63,130 bases of DNA, filler included, from Sphacelaria rigidula (GCA_964200075.2; 10 parts of 10 records of this genome joined end to end with filler, not necessarily neighbours in it), one strand, 5' to 3'; shown: positions 35,719 through 48,354, numbered from the whole stretch's first letter. Numbers and translations are program-made. The notes: generated from the letters alone by a model not told the origin.

Positions 35719-36211
35719 CTGCATGTCACGAAGGCGAGTCACGCGTGGAGCTGCGTTCAGATATCCGGGTACAGCACACTTGTAGCAACACTCTTTAGTC
35801 ACATGTGGCGAATGTAAATCCACTTAGAGGGGATTCAATGTCACGCACGGGAGGAGTCCTCAGCACCCGGCGACTAGCGGGATCAAGCACGTTCTCACAG
35901 TTTGTGCGCCATACACTACTGTACATCTGTGCCGAACGACGTGGCGTGTGAGCACTTCAGAGTGTTCGTATCCAGGACAAGTAACGAGTAGTTATATTGA
36001 GGCTTTGAAGCTTAAATAGAGGCCAGTGTGAGAGTGGACGGGTAGAGCCAAATGGTGGAGCCCTGGACGAAGCCCCCGTCATTTACGAAAGCCGACCCCG
36101 TGCTTCCCCCTCGCGGTGGGGAGGTCAACCTTGTGTTTATCGAAGTCCATAGGAGGGTAAGACTTCATGGTGACCTGCAAGTGCTGTGGTGGTTCAGAAA
36201 TGTAGCATATA

Positions 36212-37069
36212 AGAGCTGGGCCAGCCTAAAAATGGATTCAAGCTCTAAAAGCAATATCTTATCGACGCAGACGAGTTGGGCCGTGATCCGCATATCGTGT
36301 TAATCGTCCAATCAAGGGGAAGGTCCTCATCTGCTCAAAAGTTTGTGCCCATATTTTCTCGTTGATTGAACCCCATGTCTAGTAATTCCTACACCAAAGG
36401 GAGATAGCGCCAATACCTTGCCAATACTAGAATCTCTATGAAACTCCCGATCGATGCATCAAGCGGATGGCGACGAATTTTGGTGTGGAGAACCACACAA
36501 GAGTGCCGAATAAAAAGAAAATGGGCCTTCCATTTTTTTTTAATGGAGGTTAGGGCGTTTTCGTGAAAAAATGGTCTTCACTATAGTAGAACGCCCTAAA
36601 CCAGTGAAAAAATGGGAAAAGATCAACCTGGCCTATTTGTTTTGTTAAATATGCCTTAGAGAGCGCCCATACGAAACTTCAATACACGAAAACCAAACGT
36701 GGGGCGGTGAGTGGCCTGCAAAATACTGTTCCGAATTTCTACCGATCCGGTTTTTGATAGGCCCATGCTTTTCTTGTACATTTAGAGTTGGACCCTGAAA
36801 TTCGTTATGGACAGGCACAGGGTATGAAAAAAAAAATTACTGGGGTACCAAAAGTGTTTTTTTTCATGAGTTAAGGGCAATAATCGGTTATGAGGTATCA
36901 GTAAAATGCCCTCAACTCATGAAGAAAAAATATATATATTTTGGTACCGAAGTACATTTTTTTTTATGCCCTATGCCTTGTCCATACCAAATTTCAGGGC
37001 CCAACTCTAAATGTATAGAAGAGCATGGGCCTGTAAACTCAAAATCCGCCTCTAGGCTGGCCCAGCTCG
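36212..37069. mobile_element. Tc1/mariner-like non-autonomous element with a ~120-bp internal inverted repeat
   Basis: TA|AGAGCTGGGCCAGCCTA...TAGGCTGGCCCAGCTCG|TA. Internal arms at ~36759-36879 and ~36907-37032. Confidence 0.75.
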
Positions 37070-37571
37070 TACAACCTGTTCTTGTTTCGCCGGCGGGGAT
37101 TGACCGATAATATCTGGACTGAAGGATTTGTTATTACGTTGGGTGCCGATCCCCCTGAAACGGACCTCAGATCAACACCGGGGATGATATGCAAAAGTAG
37201 TAGGCGTCAGTTGGAACTGCAGCCGTGACTAAGGTGTTGGCCACCACGGGATCCACGGTGCAGTCAGTCATTACGGATGCTACTCGCAAACAGCTGGGAG
37301 CTGCTCAGCTATTGTAGTATAGTCGGGGTCACCGACGTCGAAGGTTAGCCAGCAAATTTGATCGGAAAACACGTCTGCCGCCGAAGGGATTGAGCGAAGT
37401 CGGGGAGAGTACATTCAGGTAGTGGTTGGACAACTTTTGCTTCGAACCAGGGGTGGTTCATTTTCTTTTCAAGAGGAACATAACCCCCCAACGTTAAAAA
37501 AATCGAGGCAAAAACGGGAAAAGGGGGGTTCGTCAGGGGGGGTTGGGCGCCGGGCGGCGAGCCTGTGCTAG

Positions 37572-37695
37572 TTACTTGAATTTAGTGTAGCGGTAGACTA
37601 CTTGACTTTAGTGTACTTGTAAACAACTTGATCTTAGTGTAATCATCAACTACTTGAACTTAGTGTAGAATTAGACTGCTTCAGTTTAGTGTACA
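37572..37695. repeat. ~26-bp tandem repeat, 5 units
   Basis: ACTTGA(A/C/T)x(T)TTAGTGTA units. Confidence 0.75.
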
Positions 37696-37962
37696 GTTTG
37701 ATTATCATCACATGATTGGGTAGACACTCGAGCAAGGTTGAACATGGATTTTACTCCTTTCAGCGAGCGTGGTCCTTTTCAGCATTGCTTGAATATCGGG
37801 TATAGCTTGGGTAGTGAGGCGCAGTTATTTTCAACGTTNNNNNNNNNNNNNNNNNNNNNNNNNNNNNNNNNNNNNNNNNNNNTTAATTAATTAANNNNNN
37901 NNNNNNNNNNNNNNNNNNNNNNNNNNNNNNNNNNNNNNGGAATCGAATCAACGATTAACTTT

Positions 37963-38038
37963 TGTGACGGTTGAAGAGACAACCAACTAGACTACTGACT
38001 GGTCAGTAGTCTAGTTGTTTGTCTCTTAAACCGTCACA
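37963..38038. repeat. 76-bp near-perfect palindrome
   Basis: 37-bp arms with 2 mismatches and a 2-nt centre. Confidence 0.9.
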
Positions 38039-39601
38039 GTGCCTAGACTGAGTCGGCCCTATGACAGAGGGATCAGATGTTAAGTGGTTCCAGGTGGTAG
38101 CGTGGTTGCCAGCCCGGGCGTGGTACTGCAGTCACACGCACTCGACTACCAGTACCCGCACGTCCGCATTAATCTATCCGCACATGTGCATGTTCACTCA
38201 GTGTACCTGTTCACATGAACAAGGACAGAACCGGCGTGGAACACGTTTGGTTGACCACCTGCTGTTTCGTCGAGTATGCAGCATATATGTCCGGTAAAAA
38301 GCATAAAAGCGCTCTACGAGTGTATGTCAGATCATGTGATGAAACACCCATACATTTGTCGTACTGCAGAACCAGACTTTTCCCCTATCATCGGGGAGTC
38401 GGTCCAAACAATTCCTACGCCGAGGTATTGCACTTGACGAGCCAACAGAGAACATATTTTCACTGGACACCATGCATGCTTCGCTGCTGCTGTTGGGTAT
38501 GTTCATATAATACGTTTGTACCTAGCGTGAAGTGATCCAACCTTGGGCCACTGCCATCAGCGGTTTTGCAAGATAGCCCGGTTGTGGTGATGGTGGCTCG
38601 ACCATGTGGCGTTGGAAGCGCACTTGGCGATCGGCACAACGAGTCATCAGGTAGCCCTACTCAGCGTGTTTTGCGGGGTGGCTTTCTTCCCACTGCATAT
38701 ATGATCCCATCGCTTCATTGAAGAATAGCTCCGCAAAGTAGATCGCCTGTACACCCATACATGCAGTACATGATTGGATGAACAGCCGGTCTTCAGAGCG
38801 GCTCATCTCTTGCTCAGTCCTCTACGGTTGCGTATGGATAGCATCTCACACGTGCCAGGTAAACTCGAGTCCTTTTGCGGAGAGGATATGAGCTACCAAA
38901 CGTGTACAAGCGGATACGCGTCTGGTTGTACGTCCCAACAGTACAACCGTTTCGAAAAAAGGCTCATTTGCCTTCTTTGCAAGCTACCAACCGTCTCCCT
39001 CCCGAGATGGTAGGAGTCGGCTCCCGATGGGCAGCATACTTAATGCAAACGATCTGGCGATATTTCATGCTATAACTGGGTAACGGCGTCGACACTACAA
39101 CAAAGTGGTTGTCGACTACACATCAAGTTCAATAAATGTGGATCCCGTACTGGAGATTATTGATATGCTGAGAAACAGTAACGCATGTAAAGAGTCATAA
39201 CTGAGGGCGTACTTCATGCGGCATGATCTATTGATGGATACCATCGATAATCTCTATAAATTGCCCTGTGCCCAGGGCGCTTCCAATTTCAATTTATGTA
39301 GGTGTTTGTGACGTTGCGGTCTCGGATTTCGGAGGTGAAACCGTAGTGGTTTCGGATAGGCCCTTCTACTCTAAAATGAAGGTCTGCCGCACGCACCCAG
39401 GGCATGGTGATGTGTCGTTGCACAGAAGCGTAAAAACAGCCGATGATCGAAATTGAGGATGGAGTTTTCATTGAGGATGCGAACCCGGAGGATTAAAATC
39501 TTCGTATGCACACGAAACCTTTGAAAAATGATTCCATTCTTTCACCTCCTATTGGCTATTGACAACTTCTACACACCCTACACATTTGGATTTCGGACTG
39601 C

Positions 39602-39840
39602 TGCCGAGATAGCCCCCCCCCCCGAACCGACCAAAACTGTGCACGGCGGCGATGATCATAAATGCCGTCAGAGCTGGTTTTGTGCTGCACGACGTGACTC
39701 ATTTGGGCGTTATAGCTGATTTTGGGCTGCTACACGCCTCTCGTGTGGGCAAAATTGCTGCAAACGAGCTCCATAGTAGGATCGCAACCGGTTTCTCGGG
39801 CGGTCTCCGGTGCACGTTTTGTGGGGGGGCTATCTCGGCA
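39602..39840. repeat. Inverted repeat pair, probably part of a DNA transposon
   Basis: TGCCGAGATAGCCCCCCC...GTGCAC / GTGCAC...GGGGGGGCTATCTCGGCA. Confidence 0.55.
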
Positions 39841-41654
39841 TTGAAATTAAATAAGCGAAATGTTGGGGTCCTAGATGAAGAAACAATTTTAGGGACTTTA
39901 GGTGATCCGATCCGATCGCCGAAATTCCCCGAAATGGTGCATCGATTTTCGGATCCACTTTTATGGCAGGCACGAGTCTCGATGTTTTCGACCACCGGGG
40001 GGGAAATGTCGGGATATGCATTTTATGGACACGGATTTGGACCAAAGCGGGGGCGAAAAAATCGGGAAATCACGGTCTCGGAACGGTTTCCCCCCGTTTT
40101 TCGAAAAAATCGGGGGAAATCGTTCCGAGATCGTGACTCCCCCCGATTAGTTCTAGTGAAATTCGTGCAATGACGTACAGTGCTAGAGTACGGGGCGTTT
40201 AATATTTTTGCAACGGCAGCAGAAGACAGTCTCGTGATAGCACAGGGCGTGCCTACTGCCCGCTACAGTTGCCGAAGCAACTTCGCACGGGGTTTAACAA
40301 GCGGACAATAAATGCTGACGCCGTACCCTGCGGCGATGATAATATTTTATGCTGCACTGCGCTGCCATATGTATCACTATAACGAATGCTACGGTACTCT
40401 CCTAGCTGTTGTCGCTGTACTTGAGGGGTGATGTACGGGACTGCACTACTGTACTCTGCTCGCGCACTGTTTGCTCTCTGTTCTTGCAGTACCGGCTGTG
40501 CCATCATGTACTACCACACGGCATTATCATGTACTGTACTGATGTAGTGTCTTGCACTGCATCACCCTAGGGTACCAAGGTACGTCACTTTACTCGAACG
40601 ATTGTTTACCGCCTGGCTGCTCTTCGGCTTCATGCACGAGTACGCAGTACCACACTCGTGCAGAAAATGACCGTCTGTGTACAGAACCGTTTCACAAACC
40701 TGTAATACTGTATTGTCTGTGCCATTAAACGGTCCCCCCGACTTTGAGTCCACGAACTCGAGTCCCCCCAATTTCTTCAAATTGGATTCCCAAAACAAAT
40801 CGAGATTCGTTGCCATTAAAGTGGGTCTTAGGCCGGATGCTATGGCAATAGAATTTTGGTCCACAGATTCTTGAATCCTGGTGAAATAAATCCGCGGCAA
40901 ATTTGGGTTCGGGGCCGATCTTATGGCAGCACACAGGTTTTCATACCATATTGTGCTGATTTGTATACCTCCACTACTAGGGTTTCGAGTTTTATGTGTA
41001 GCATGTTTCAACAGCTCACAATCCCGTAGGTGTCTCGTGTGTTGTGGTATGCTACAGTGATACAGCGTCACTGCCGCAGAGAGGTCATCACCACCCCACT
41101 AACACGGGTGCCGCTTCTTTCGAGCACATAAGTAAGCGACCATGCTCCCCTTGTTGCTCCTCAAGTTGAATCCGCCTTTCGGCATCTTCATCGAAGGATC
41201 GCACAACCACCCGCCAGACAGCGACAGTACGCATCACATGTCTCTTCTCTCGACGTCTCTGCAATGCTTTTGCCAGGAGACCGACGAGCAAGGCGTGTCA
41301 TTTTTTGTCTCGTATGCGCGAGGCGGGCTCCATCGCGCGTCGGGTGCGGCGTGTGGTTGCTTCATGTGACGTTGACTGTGGTCAACACGATCCCTCACAA
41401 AGGCGCAGCCAGCACGCCGGCACATGTCCAGCCACAACGCATCATGACTCCATTATGACGGTCTGCCAGCCAAAACGCAAAAATCCGTATGCGAACATCT
41501 GTGCTCGCCGACCACCGCCAGTTTTCCCAAAACACTGTGGGACTCGGGCCCCGAATCTTGGCCGCTGACTATTTCACCCAAAATTTTGAATAATCTTAAC
41601 CCATAAGATGGGTGTAGCACAAATTATTGCAAAGTCTGAAGATCCACGGCCTAA

Positions 41655-42106
41655 GGCCGGATGTTGTGGCAAACAGATTTTTGGCCCACGGATTGTTCCC
41701 TTTTGGGACGTATGACCCACGTTTTGACTCTCAAACAGGGAAATCGCCACCACATGTCACTTTGCATCACCCCACAGAAAGGAGCCCGGCCTACTTTTCA
41801 GATTCGCTTGGCTCCGAGGTTTCGAGGTTGGCCGCTGAACAATAGTTCGTGCTTGCCAACATACGGCAGTATGCCCAAACCTCTGTGGAGATCGCCGTAG
41901 ATTTTATTGCACACGGAGTTTTGTTCAGCGGCCACTCTCGAAACCTTGGAGCCAAGCGATTCTGAAAAGTGGGCTAGGCTCCTCTGATGCAAAGTTTCCG
42001 AGACGTGTGTTGGCGATTTTCTCTGTTCGGGGGTCAAAAAGTGAGTCAAACGTCCCAAAAGTGAACAACCCATGGGCCAAAATAATATGTGACATGACAG
42101 CCGGTC
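41655..42106. mobile_element. PIF/Harbinger-like long-TIR MITE
   Basis: TAA|GGCCGGATG...CAGCCGGTC|TTA; homologous to 32697-33164. Confidence 0.78.
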
Positions 42107-42128
42107 TTATGTCACAGATCTATGCACT

Positions 42129-42315
42129 TGTGTGTGTGTTGTCGTCCCATCTATTCTGGCCACCGGTCTACACCTTTTGGTATACGTGGGCGCACCAGCC
42201 GGGATCACACGGGAGGAAGGTCAACACAGGAGATTTTTCTTTTTCATTAATTCTTAGTACCCCACCTTCCTTCTGCGGTGCTCGCCTATATTTTTTATCG
42301 CGAGAGGAGTTCAGC
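42129..42315 (-). mobile_element. SINE 3' half
   Basis: (TG)n tail plus the conserved SINE body. Confidence 0.8.
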
Positions 42316-42495
42316 CAACGTGTACGCAGGATATCACCCCTCGCTACGGACTATATCGGTACGCCACCCTGTGTAGAGCTGTCCGTGTTGCAGCTACAGC
42401 GTGCGTTTACCCCTCGTGGTGCACGCAGGAGTGAAAGACCGCCTCCGCCGTTGTAATGGCTGTCTGCATCTTGGACAAAGCTGTATGGTAACACA

Positions 42496-42577
42496 GCCGC
42501 GGCTGGTGCGCCCACATATGCCGAAAGATGGAGACCAGCACCCAGCATAGATGGCACAACAGCACACACAACACACT
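42496..42577 (+). mobile_element. SINE 3' terminal fragment
   Basis: GGCTGGTGCGCCCACATATGCCGAAAG...ACAGCACACAC. Confidence 0.75.
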
Positions 42578-44261
42578 GAGCGCATTACTCTTTTAACATC
42601 GTGTTAGTTCTGACTATTGTAGAAATATTTGTCCACGGTTGGGTACATTTCCACATATATTGCAGGATCTGGTACATCTCTACATGTAAATGCATGTAAA
42701 ATTAGTGAGTGAGATCATGAAAACAATCCGCAACGTATGGGCGAACTGCAGGTGAGGCAATCGCCGAAATATTCACGTGCAGACTTTGCTCCGGTGCAGT
42801 GTAGTTGCTATCGCTAGAAGGACACTGCCAAAATCACCTTGCCGGCTGCCAGACTGTCAGGACGTGGGATCCGCTAGCATTGCTACTGTCTATACGGGGA
42901 TGCTGCCTCCTTGTCGGGTTCGTGGGCAGGGATCCGTGGCAGAACGCAGTGGTCGCGTCAAGCAGGCGCACGCTGGGCGTTCTCACTCAAGACTTCGATT
43001 TGGAGGATGGTACTAGCTAGGCAGCGGCAACTGCTGTGTGTCCAGATACCCCTTGGAACAAGATGCGTTTGGTAGATATTGGCTACCCTCGAATTGAGTA
43101 CAATTGAAACCATATCGAAATCAAAGTGATTAAACTCCACCCTAAGCGCGAGTGAATACCCGATGGGCATGAAGACAGTGTTCACCCCAGTGTCATGATC
43201 GGAAGGTGGATGCTGGCGATGTTGATCGTAAACCACAATACTGTCGGGCCCGTAACATTCTTGAATACATGCAGGGAGAGACTCAAACTCCCCGGTTTTG
43301 CTGCTCAGTCACAGCCAATCGATCATTTAAGTGGCACTGATGGGGCCTTCCCTTTTTACAGGAGATCGTTGCAGCTGCCCCAACCGTGTTCGCTTCTTTT
43401 CGGTACGAATGGACTGGGCCGAGTGGTCTCAGTTCGGCGCCCGTCTTGACTTCCTGTGACCGTAAGGAATGGACCATCTCTTGACCCGGCATGACTCTCT
43501 GTTGACACGAAGCGCAGATCGCGTCCCCTGTCAATCACAGGGGTGATGGATTCAAAACATAATAAGCGACAAGTAAGCGACAAGCAAAGGTGGCGTCGAA
43601 CAGCAGGGAGTTGATCGGTCGCCGCACAATCACGTGGCGGGATTACTGTAATCAACATGCTACTTCTGGATGCTTGTTTTGCTCGTCGCTGTTTTTTTTG
43701 CGCGCGACCAGACATGTTAGCATTTCATGCGATGGGCACAGATCCATATCTTTCTACAGGTTGTCGGCGGTTTCAATTCATCCCGGTGCGGTGCCGGCGC
43801 TGATGTGACCAAAACCAACTCCCACTTGGCATGTTGGGCTGAGGAAATAAGGACAAGCATTGCTTGTGTTTTTCAACGTGTCTACATCCTGCTCGATTAG
43901 GCATCAAGGTGGGCAAATATATTGTCTTCTCCTTGTTCTAGAAAGAACATCAAGATATAACACACCGAATCCCCACACCCCACAATCTATATTGCCCCGT
44001 CTACCGTACTACTGCACTGAACAGAAATTGCCGGGGGTTTTCACTGCTGTTACCGACCCGAAACACTACTTGACTCTAGAGTGAACACCAATATAACAAC
44101 GAATTGTGAGAATTGAGGTTTAACTTCGAGATGAGGCTCAAGCCTAAAACAGTGCTTTCCCNNNNNNNNNNNNNNNNNNNNNNNNNNNNNNNNNNNNNNN
44201 NNNNNTTAATTAATTAANNNNNNNNNNNNNNNNNNNNNNNNNNNNNNNNNNNNNNNNNNNN

Positions 44262-44400
44262 CACAACGTTTTGCCGCCGCAACGCTCTGTATCTCTCCCA
44301 GACGTCCCCAAGCATTCTGGAGTAGTTTTCCGAAAACTACTCCAGAATGCTTGGGGACGTCTGGGAGAGATACAGAGCGTTGCGGCGGCAAAACGTTGTG
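44262..44400. repeat. Perfect 139-bp palindrome at a contig start
   Basis: 69-bp identical inverted arms around C44331. Confidence 0.95.
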
Positions 44401-45283
44401 CTGAAAGGACGCACAGAGGAAGTACGACGTTACAACAGCGACGGCAACGAGGAGCACGGTAGTCCTGACGACCCCCCGCCGCGATGGCTCCGATAGTGAG
44501 GACGAATATTGATCATAATCGGTTATTCCTCTACAAGATGCACGTTCACGTCCTGCGGAAAGAGGGAAGGTCCGTGACACAACACGCAAAAATGATACCT
44601 TTGTCCCATGCAGACCGAAATGCACTCTCATCAACACTCTCTGTTGACGACAGTCCGTGAGTTACCACGTAAACATCCGAGAGCAAACTCGATGAAACGC
44701 CTTCGGGCGGGGCAAGATAGGGAGACGCCTCCACATGGATTACCCCGGGTAGTGACTTACAGTTTCTCGCTGAGATCTCTCTTCATCAGTACTGTGATCT
44801 CCGGATCAAAGAAAAATGAAGAAAGCATGCAGAATCACGAATACCCCCCTCCAGCCTCACTGAGTGAGATGCTCTGTGTGATTATGTCTTAGGCTGATCA
44901 TATTCAACCGCAAGTGCATCCGATTTTCATTCTTAGCCTTGCCATCTCTGATTTTATATGTAATCCAACTACAATCTCACCTCGCAGCAGTAGTGTACCA
45001 ATATAGTGTCACTGCGACTTTCACTCTGAGTGCGCGGCAGCGCGCTCCCTGACTACGATGCGGGAAATGCCTCCGTCAAGAGTACACTACGTGCCAAACA
45101 AGAAAACATCATCATGAGCTTGTCCTCGCCGCGTTCAAAACTAATCCAAGCCAGGACGCATCATACATGGATGAATGATTTGCATCGATTCTAAAACTGA
45201 TACCAGGAAAAGAACAAATGCAGCTTCTCTTGAACTATGCTTCCTGCCCCCTCCTTCCCCCTCGAACGCTCGCTCCCATCCAG

Positions 45284-45438
45284 GGCATTTAATTTTCACG
45301 ATGGCCATGTCAGTGAACAGCTTCTGGCTGGCACTCGCGGGTGAAGCGGTGCACGGGCTTGGATCTGGCACGGTGTCTGTGGCCATGCGCGCGATCGTGT
45401 CTAAGGCCTTTCTCGAGAAGGAGCTCACCTTCGCCTTG
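45284..45438 (+). CDS. MFS transporter (MFSD1-like), exon a
   Basis: CCAG| / |GTGAGA. GHLIFTMAMSVNSFWLALAGEAVHGLGSGTVSVAMRAIVSKAFLEKELTFAL (MFS TM4-5 region). Confidence 0.85.
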
Positions 45439-45885
45439 GTGAGAGACAAGGGCAAGCGTGCCCTTGAGAGTGGCGTGCGTATTCGTTTTTTGCCGGATTC
45501 TGCCAGATTAGGCGTAAGGGATTAGTTTAGCCAGATTTTATTGGATTATTCCCTGAATATTTCCCGATGACTGTAGCGGGTACTTGATTTCGTACATAGC
45601 GGTCACCTCCAAAAAAAATGGACCCGGTCTTGCGTTGTTGGTGACCGATTGAGCTCAAAGTATCCCTTCCCTTAGCGTGCAGGAACTTGCCCATTTTCGA
45701 ATAGCATTTGTTGTTGTTGGTGATGATGATGTTGCTGTTGTTGTTGCTGTTGTTGTTCATTGTTCGTCGAGCGTGTATCATCGTATCCTGCCGAGTAGCT
45801 AGCTCCTAATGTACCGACATCTCACCCTGGAAAAAACACATGGATTATCGATCTCTCTGCCCTGTTCCATCTATGCACATTGCAG

Positions 45886-46037
45886 GGCGTAACAGTATCG
45901 GGGGCATGTATTTCCAAGGCTCTCGCTAAGGCGTCAGTAGCGCCCATCGCGGAGACGAGACTGGGGTACATGGGGGCCTTGTGGTATGTCGCCTTCTGGC
46001 AACTTCTGTCGATGGCTGCTGGGGTAGTGTACGTGAG
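45886..46037 (+). CDS. MFS transporter, exon b
   Basis: TTGCAG| / |GTGAGG; phase 0 to 2; GVTVSGACISKALAKASVAPIA...GALWYVAFWQLLSMAAGVVYVR. Confidence 0.82.
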
Positions 46038-46466
46038 GTGAGGATACGGAGATTACCTTTCTTCGCCCGGGGGGAGCGGGGTTGATCCGTATCGAAGAGC
46101 AAGGTAGGTGTACTCACAGGGAGAGAGACGGCTTGGTCCATTGAGACAACGGACGCGCCCCGAGGATGGACAACGGTCGAAGTTGCCTCAATATGTGTAT
46201 ATACAAGTATGTGAATCCCACGAAGGTACTGCACGGGTGTCTGGGATAGAGGTGTCCGGTGCCGCTGCGAATACGCACGAGACACCGTGCTCATTCTGTT
46301 TCATCACCCTTGTTTTCCGCCTCCGCCCCCCATCCCCCCCATCCCCATCCAATTCCCACCCCCTTTTGTTCCCTACACTTCTTCCCTCTACCTTTTCTAC
46401 TGTTTTTTTGTTTTTTTTGCCTCGTCTCGTCGTCGTTGCCGTTTTTGCCATTGTGTTCCTCGAAAG

Positions 46467-46656
46467 ACTGGCACGATCGGCACACTCACACCTGGAGATG
46501 GACGGACCCGAGGCTCACGCAGATTTCCGGCCGCGGTCGTTGGTGTTGGCGTTACAGCGCTCAACCGTGCCGTTCTGGGTGGTGGCTGTGCTGCACACCC
46601 TGTTCATCGTTGCCTACCACCTATTCGCAAACTTCTCTGGACACTTCATCGTCGAG
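46467..46656 (+). CDS. MFS transporter, exon c
   Basis: AAAG| / |GTGCGT; phase 2 to 0; ...STVPFWVVAVLHTLFIVAYHLFANFSGHFIVE. Confidence 0.82.
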
Positions 46657-47283
46657 GTGCGTGTTGTTCTAGCTTTCAAGTGTCGCAAGGGCAGGTCGGG
46701 TCGGGTACAGGGTATACCCGATAACGTGGTATTTTAGAAAGTGTAGATCCGACTCATGCCCACAGCAAGAGCCAGCCCAATGCTGCTGTTCCCCTCTTGG
46801 AAGCCCGTACAAGTCATTGTGACTGACTTGGGGAGGTCATGTGCGACCTTTAAAAATGCCGGAATATTGAGTATACCTTTGCCTGACACGCCCTTCAATT
46901 GTTGCTCGTGCCTGCTTAGTACGTAGAGGGGGAGGAAGGCGACGTACTTTCGCTGGTAACAACCACAAAGGTATACCGGAAGTCCTGGACCAGAAGAGAA
47001 TGCAATGGTGAGCTTACAATGTAGGGGGCGTGCCACCCCGTCTCGTTGGTGGACCTGACACGGCAATATCCAGTCGAGGTGGAAGGTTACGGGATTGAAT
47101 CCCGACACATGCGGTCTTGTTCCAGTAAATGTTATCTGGTGTGCGTCGTTGAAAACGAGGACGCGAGCGGCAAAAAAATCTCAACGGATGTCAACATGGT
47201 ACGGGAGTGCTGATGGTCATGATCCAACCAGCGATGGTACCGCAATGTCCGGCAGGTGTTGCAGGGGACACGGGTTGATTTTA

Positions 47284-47943
47284 CGAGCTGGGCCAGCCTA
47301 GAAACGTGCATGCCCTAGGCGCACAGTATTGTTTTCAGTTTCCGGAGTCAGGCCGATGTGATTAGAGATTGGTGTGAGCTGCGGACCAACCGGCTGATGC
47401 ACGCTCTGCCGCTAAAACAAATAAAAAATAGGGGGGGGGAATGTACTGGATGATGTATTACCTCAACGATGGAAGCAGCTTTTGCGAAGAAAAAGGTTGG
47501 GTGTCGGGATTCGAACTCGTGGCCTCCGAATCTGTAGTCTCCTGTATGTGTCACTTAGACCACCGGGGCACACCGGTGTCACACAAAAAGTTGCATGCGC
47601 AACCCAATTTTAGGAGTTGTGAGCCGAGTTTTCACAAGTATTGTCTACACGCAAATCGGAAATTCTTGACGGAAGCAACATACGGTTTTCTTCGCTTTTT
47701 CATGAAGTTGTCATTATCTTTTCTCTTGTGCTAACATTTCAAACCGCTCTAGCTTTCAGTTTTTCTTTCTTTCTGTTGTTTCACAAAGGTAATGATCATG
47801 CGACTCATGTCGTTTCAGAAATGTAGTGATCATACGACGTGTGCATATCGTGTCGTGATTTGAAATTTCATCTTTTGACTCCTGAAGTTAATCTGCGCGC
47901 AACTGTTTAACCGCCAATAGGAACTCTTGACTGGCCCACCTCG
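47284..47943. mobile_element. Tc1/mariner-like non-autonomous element in an MFS intron
   Basis: TA|CGAGCTGGGCCAG...CTGGCCCACCTCG|TA. Same TIR as 36212; further end fragments at ~27770 and 61297. Confidence 0.75.
47490..47571 (-). ncRNA. tRNA-like (possibly tRNA-Cys-derived) Pol III module inside the transposon; not a canonical tRNA
   Basis: GTGCCCCGGTGGTCTAAGTG (A box)...AGACTACAGATTC...GAGTTCGAATCCCGACACCC AACC TTTTT (B box, terminator). The acceptor stem is imperfect. Confidence 0.5.
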
Positions 47944-48354
47944 TATATATGCCCCAGTCATGTCCTCGGAATTTTGTTGGAAATTCTCTGTTCCGGGCTA
48001 CTGGTCTCTTTTTTTCATCATGTCTCCGAGCAATGCTACGGTAGGGGTGCTCTTTTTGCGCCAAATGTTGTCTGGTTCAGGGGCTCCTAACGATTCTACA
48101 TGCACAAAAATATGGGTCAGAGCATCCCCGCTTGCAAATTTATCCGGGATGTCTCTAGCACATTAGAATGGTAATCCTGGCGTATTCTCACATATTTCAT
48201 CAGTCTTGTTTTGGATGAGATAAAGGGCTCCTAACAATTCTAAGCTCAGAACATATTTGTGCACCCCCACCGTGGCATCACCGCTCCCCCATTGAATTAA
48301 TGAAATCATCATCCCTCCCCCGCTTTGCCCTCCACCGAATGCGCATCGATTCAG

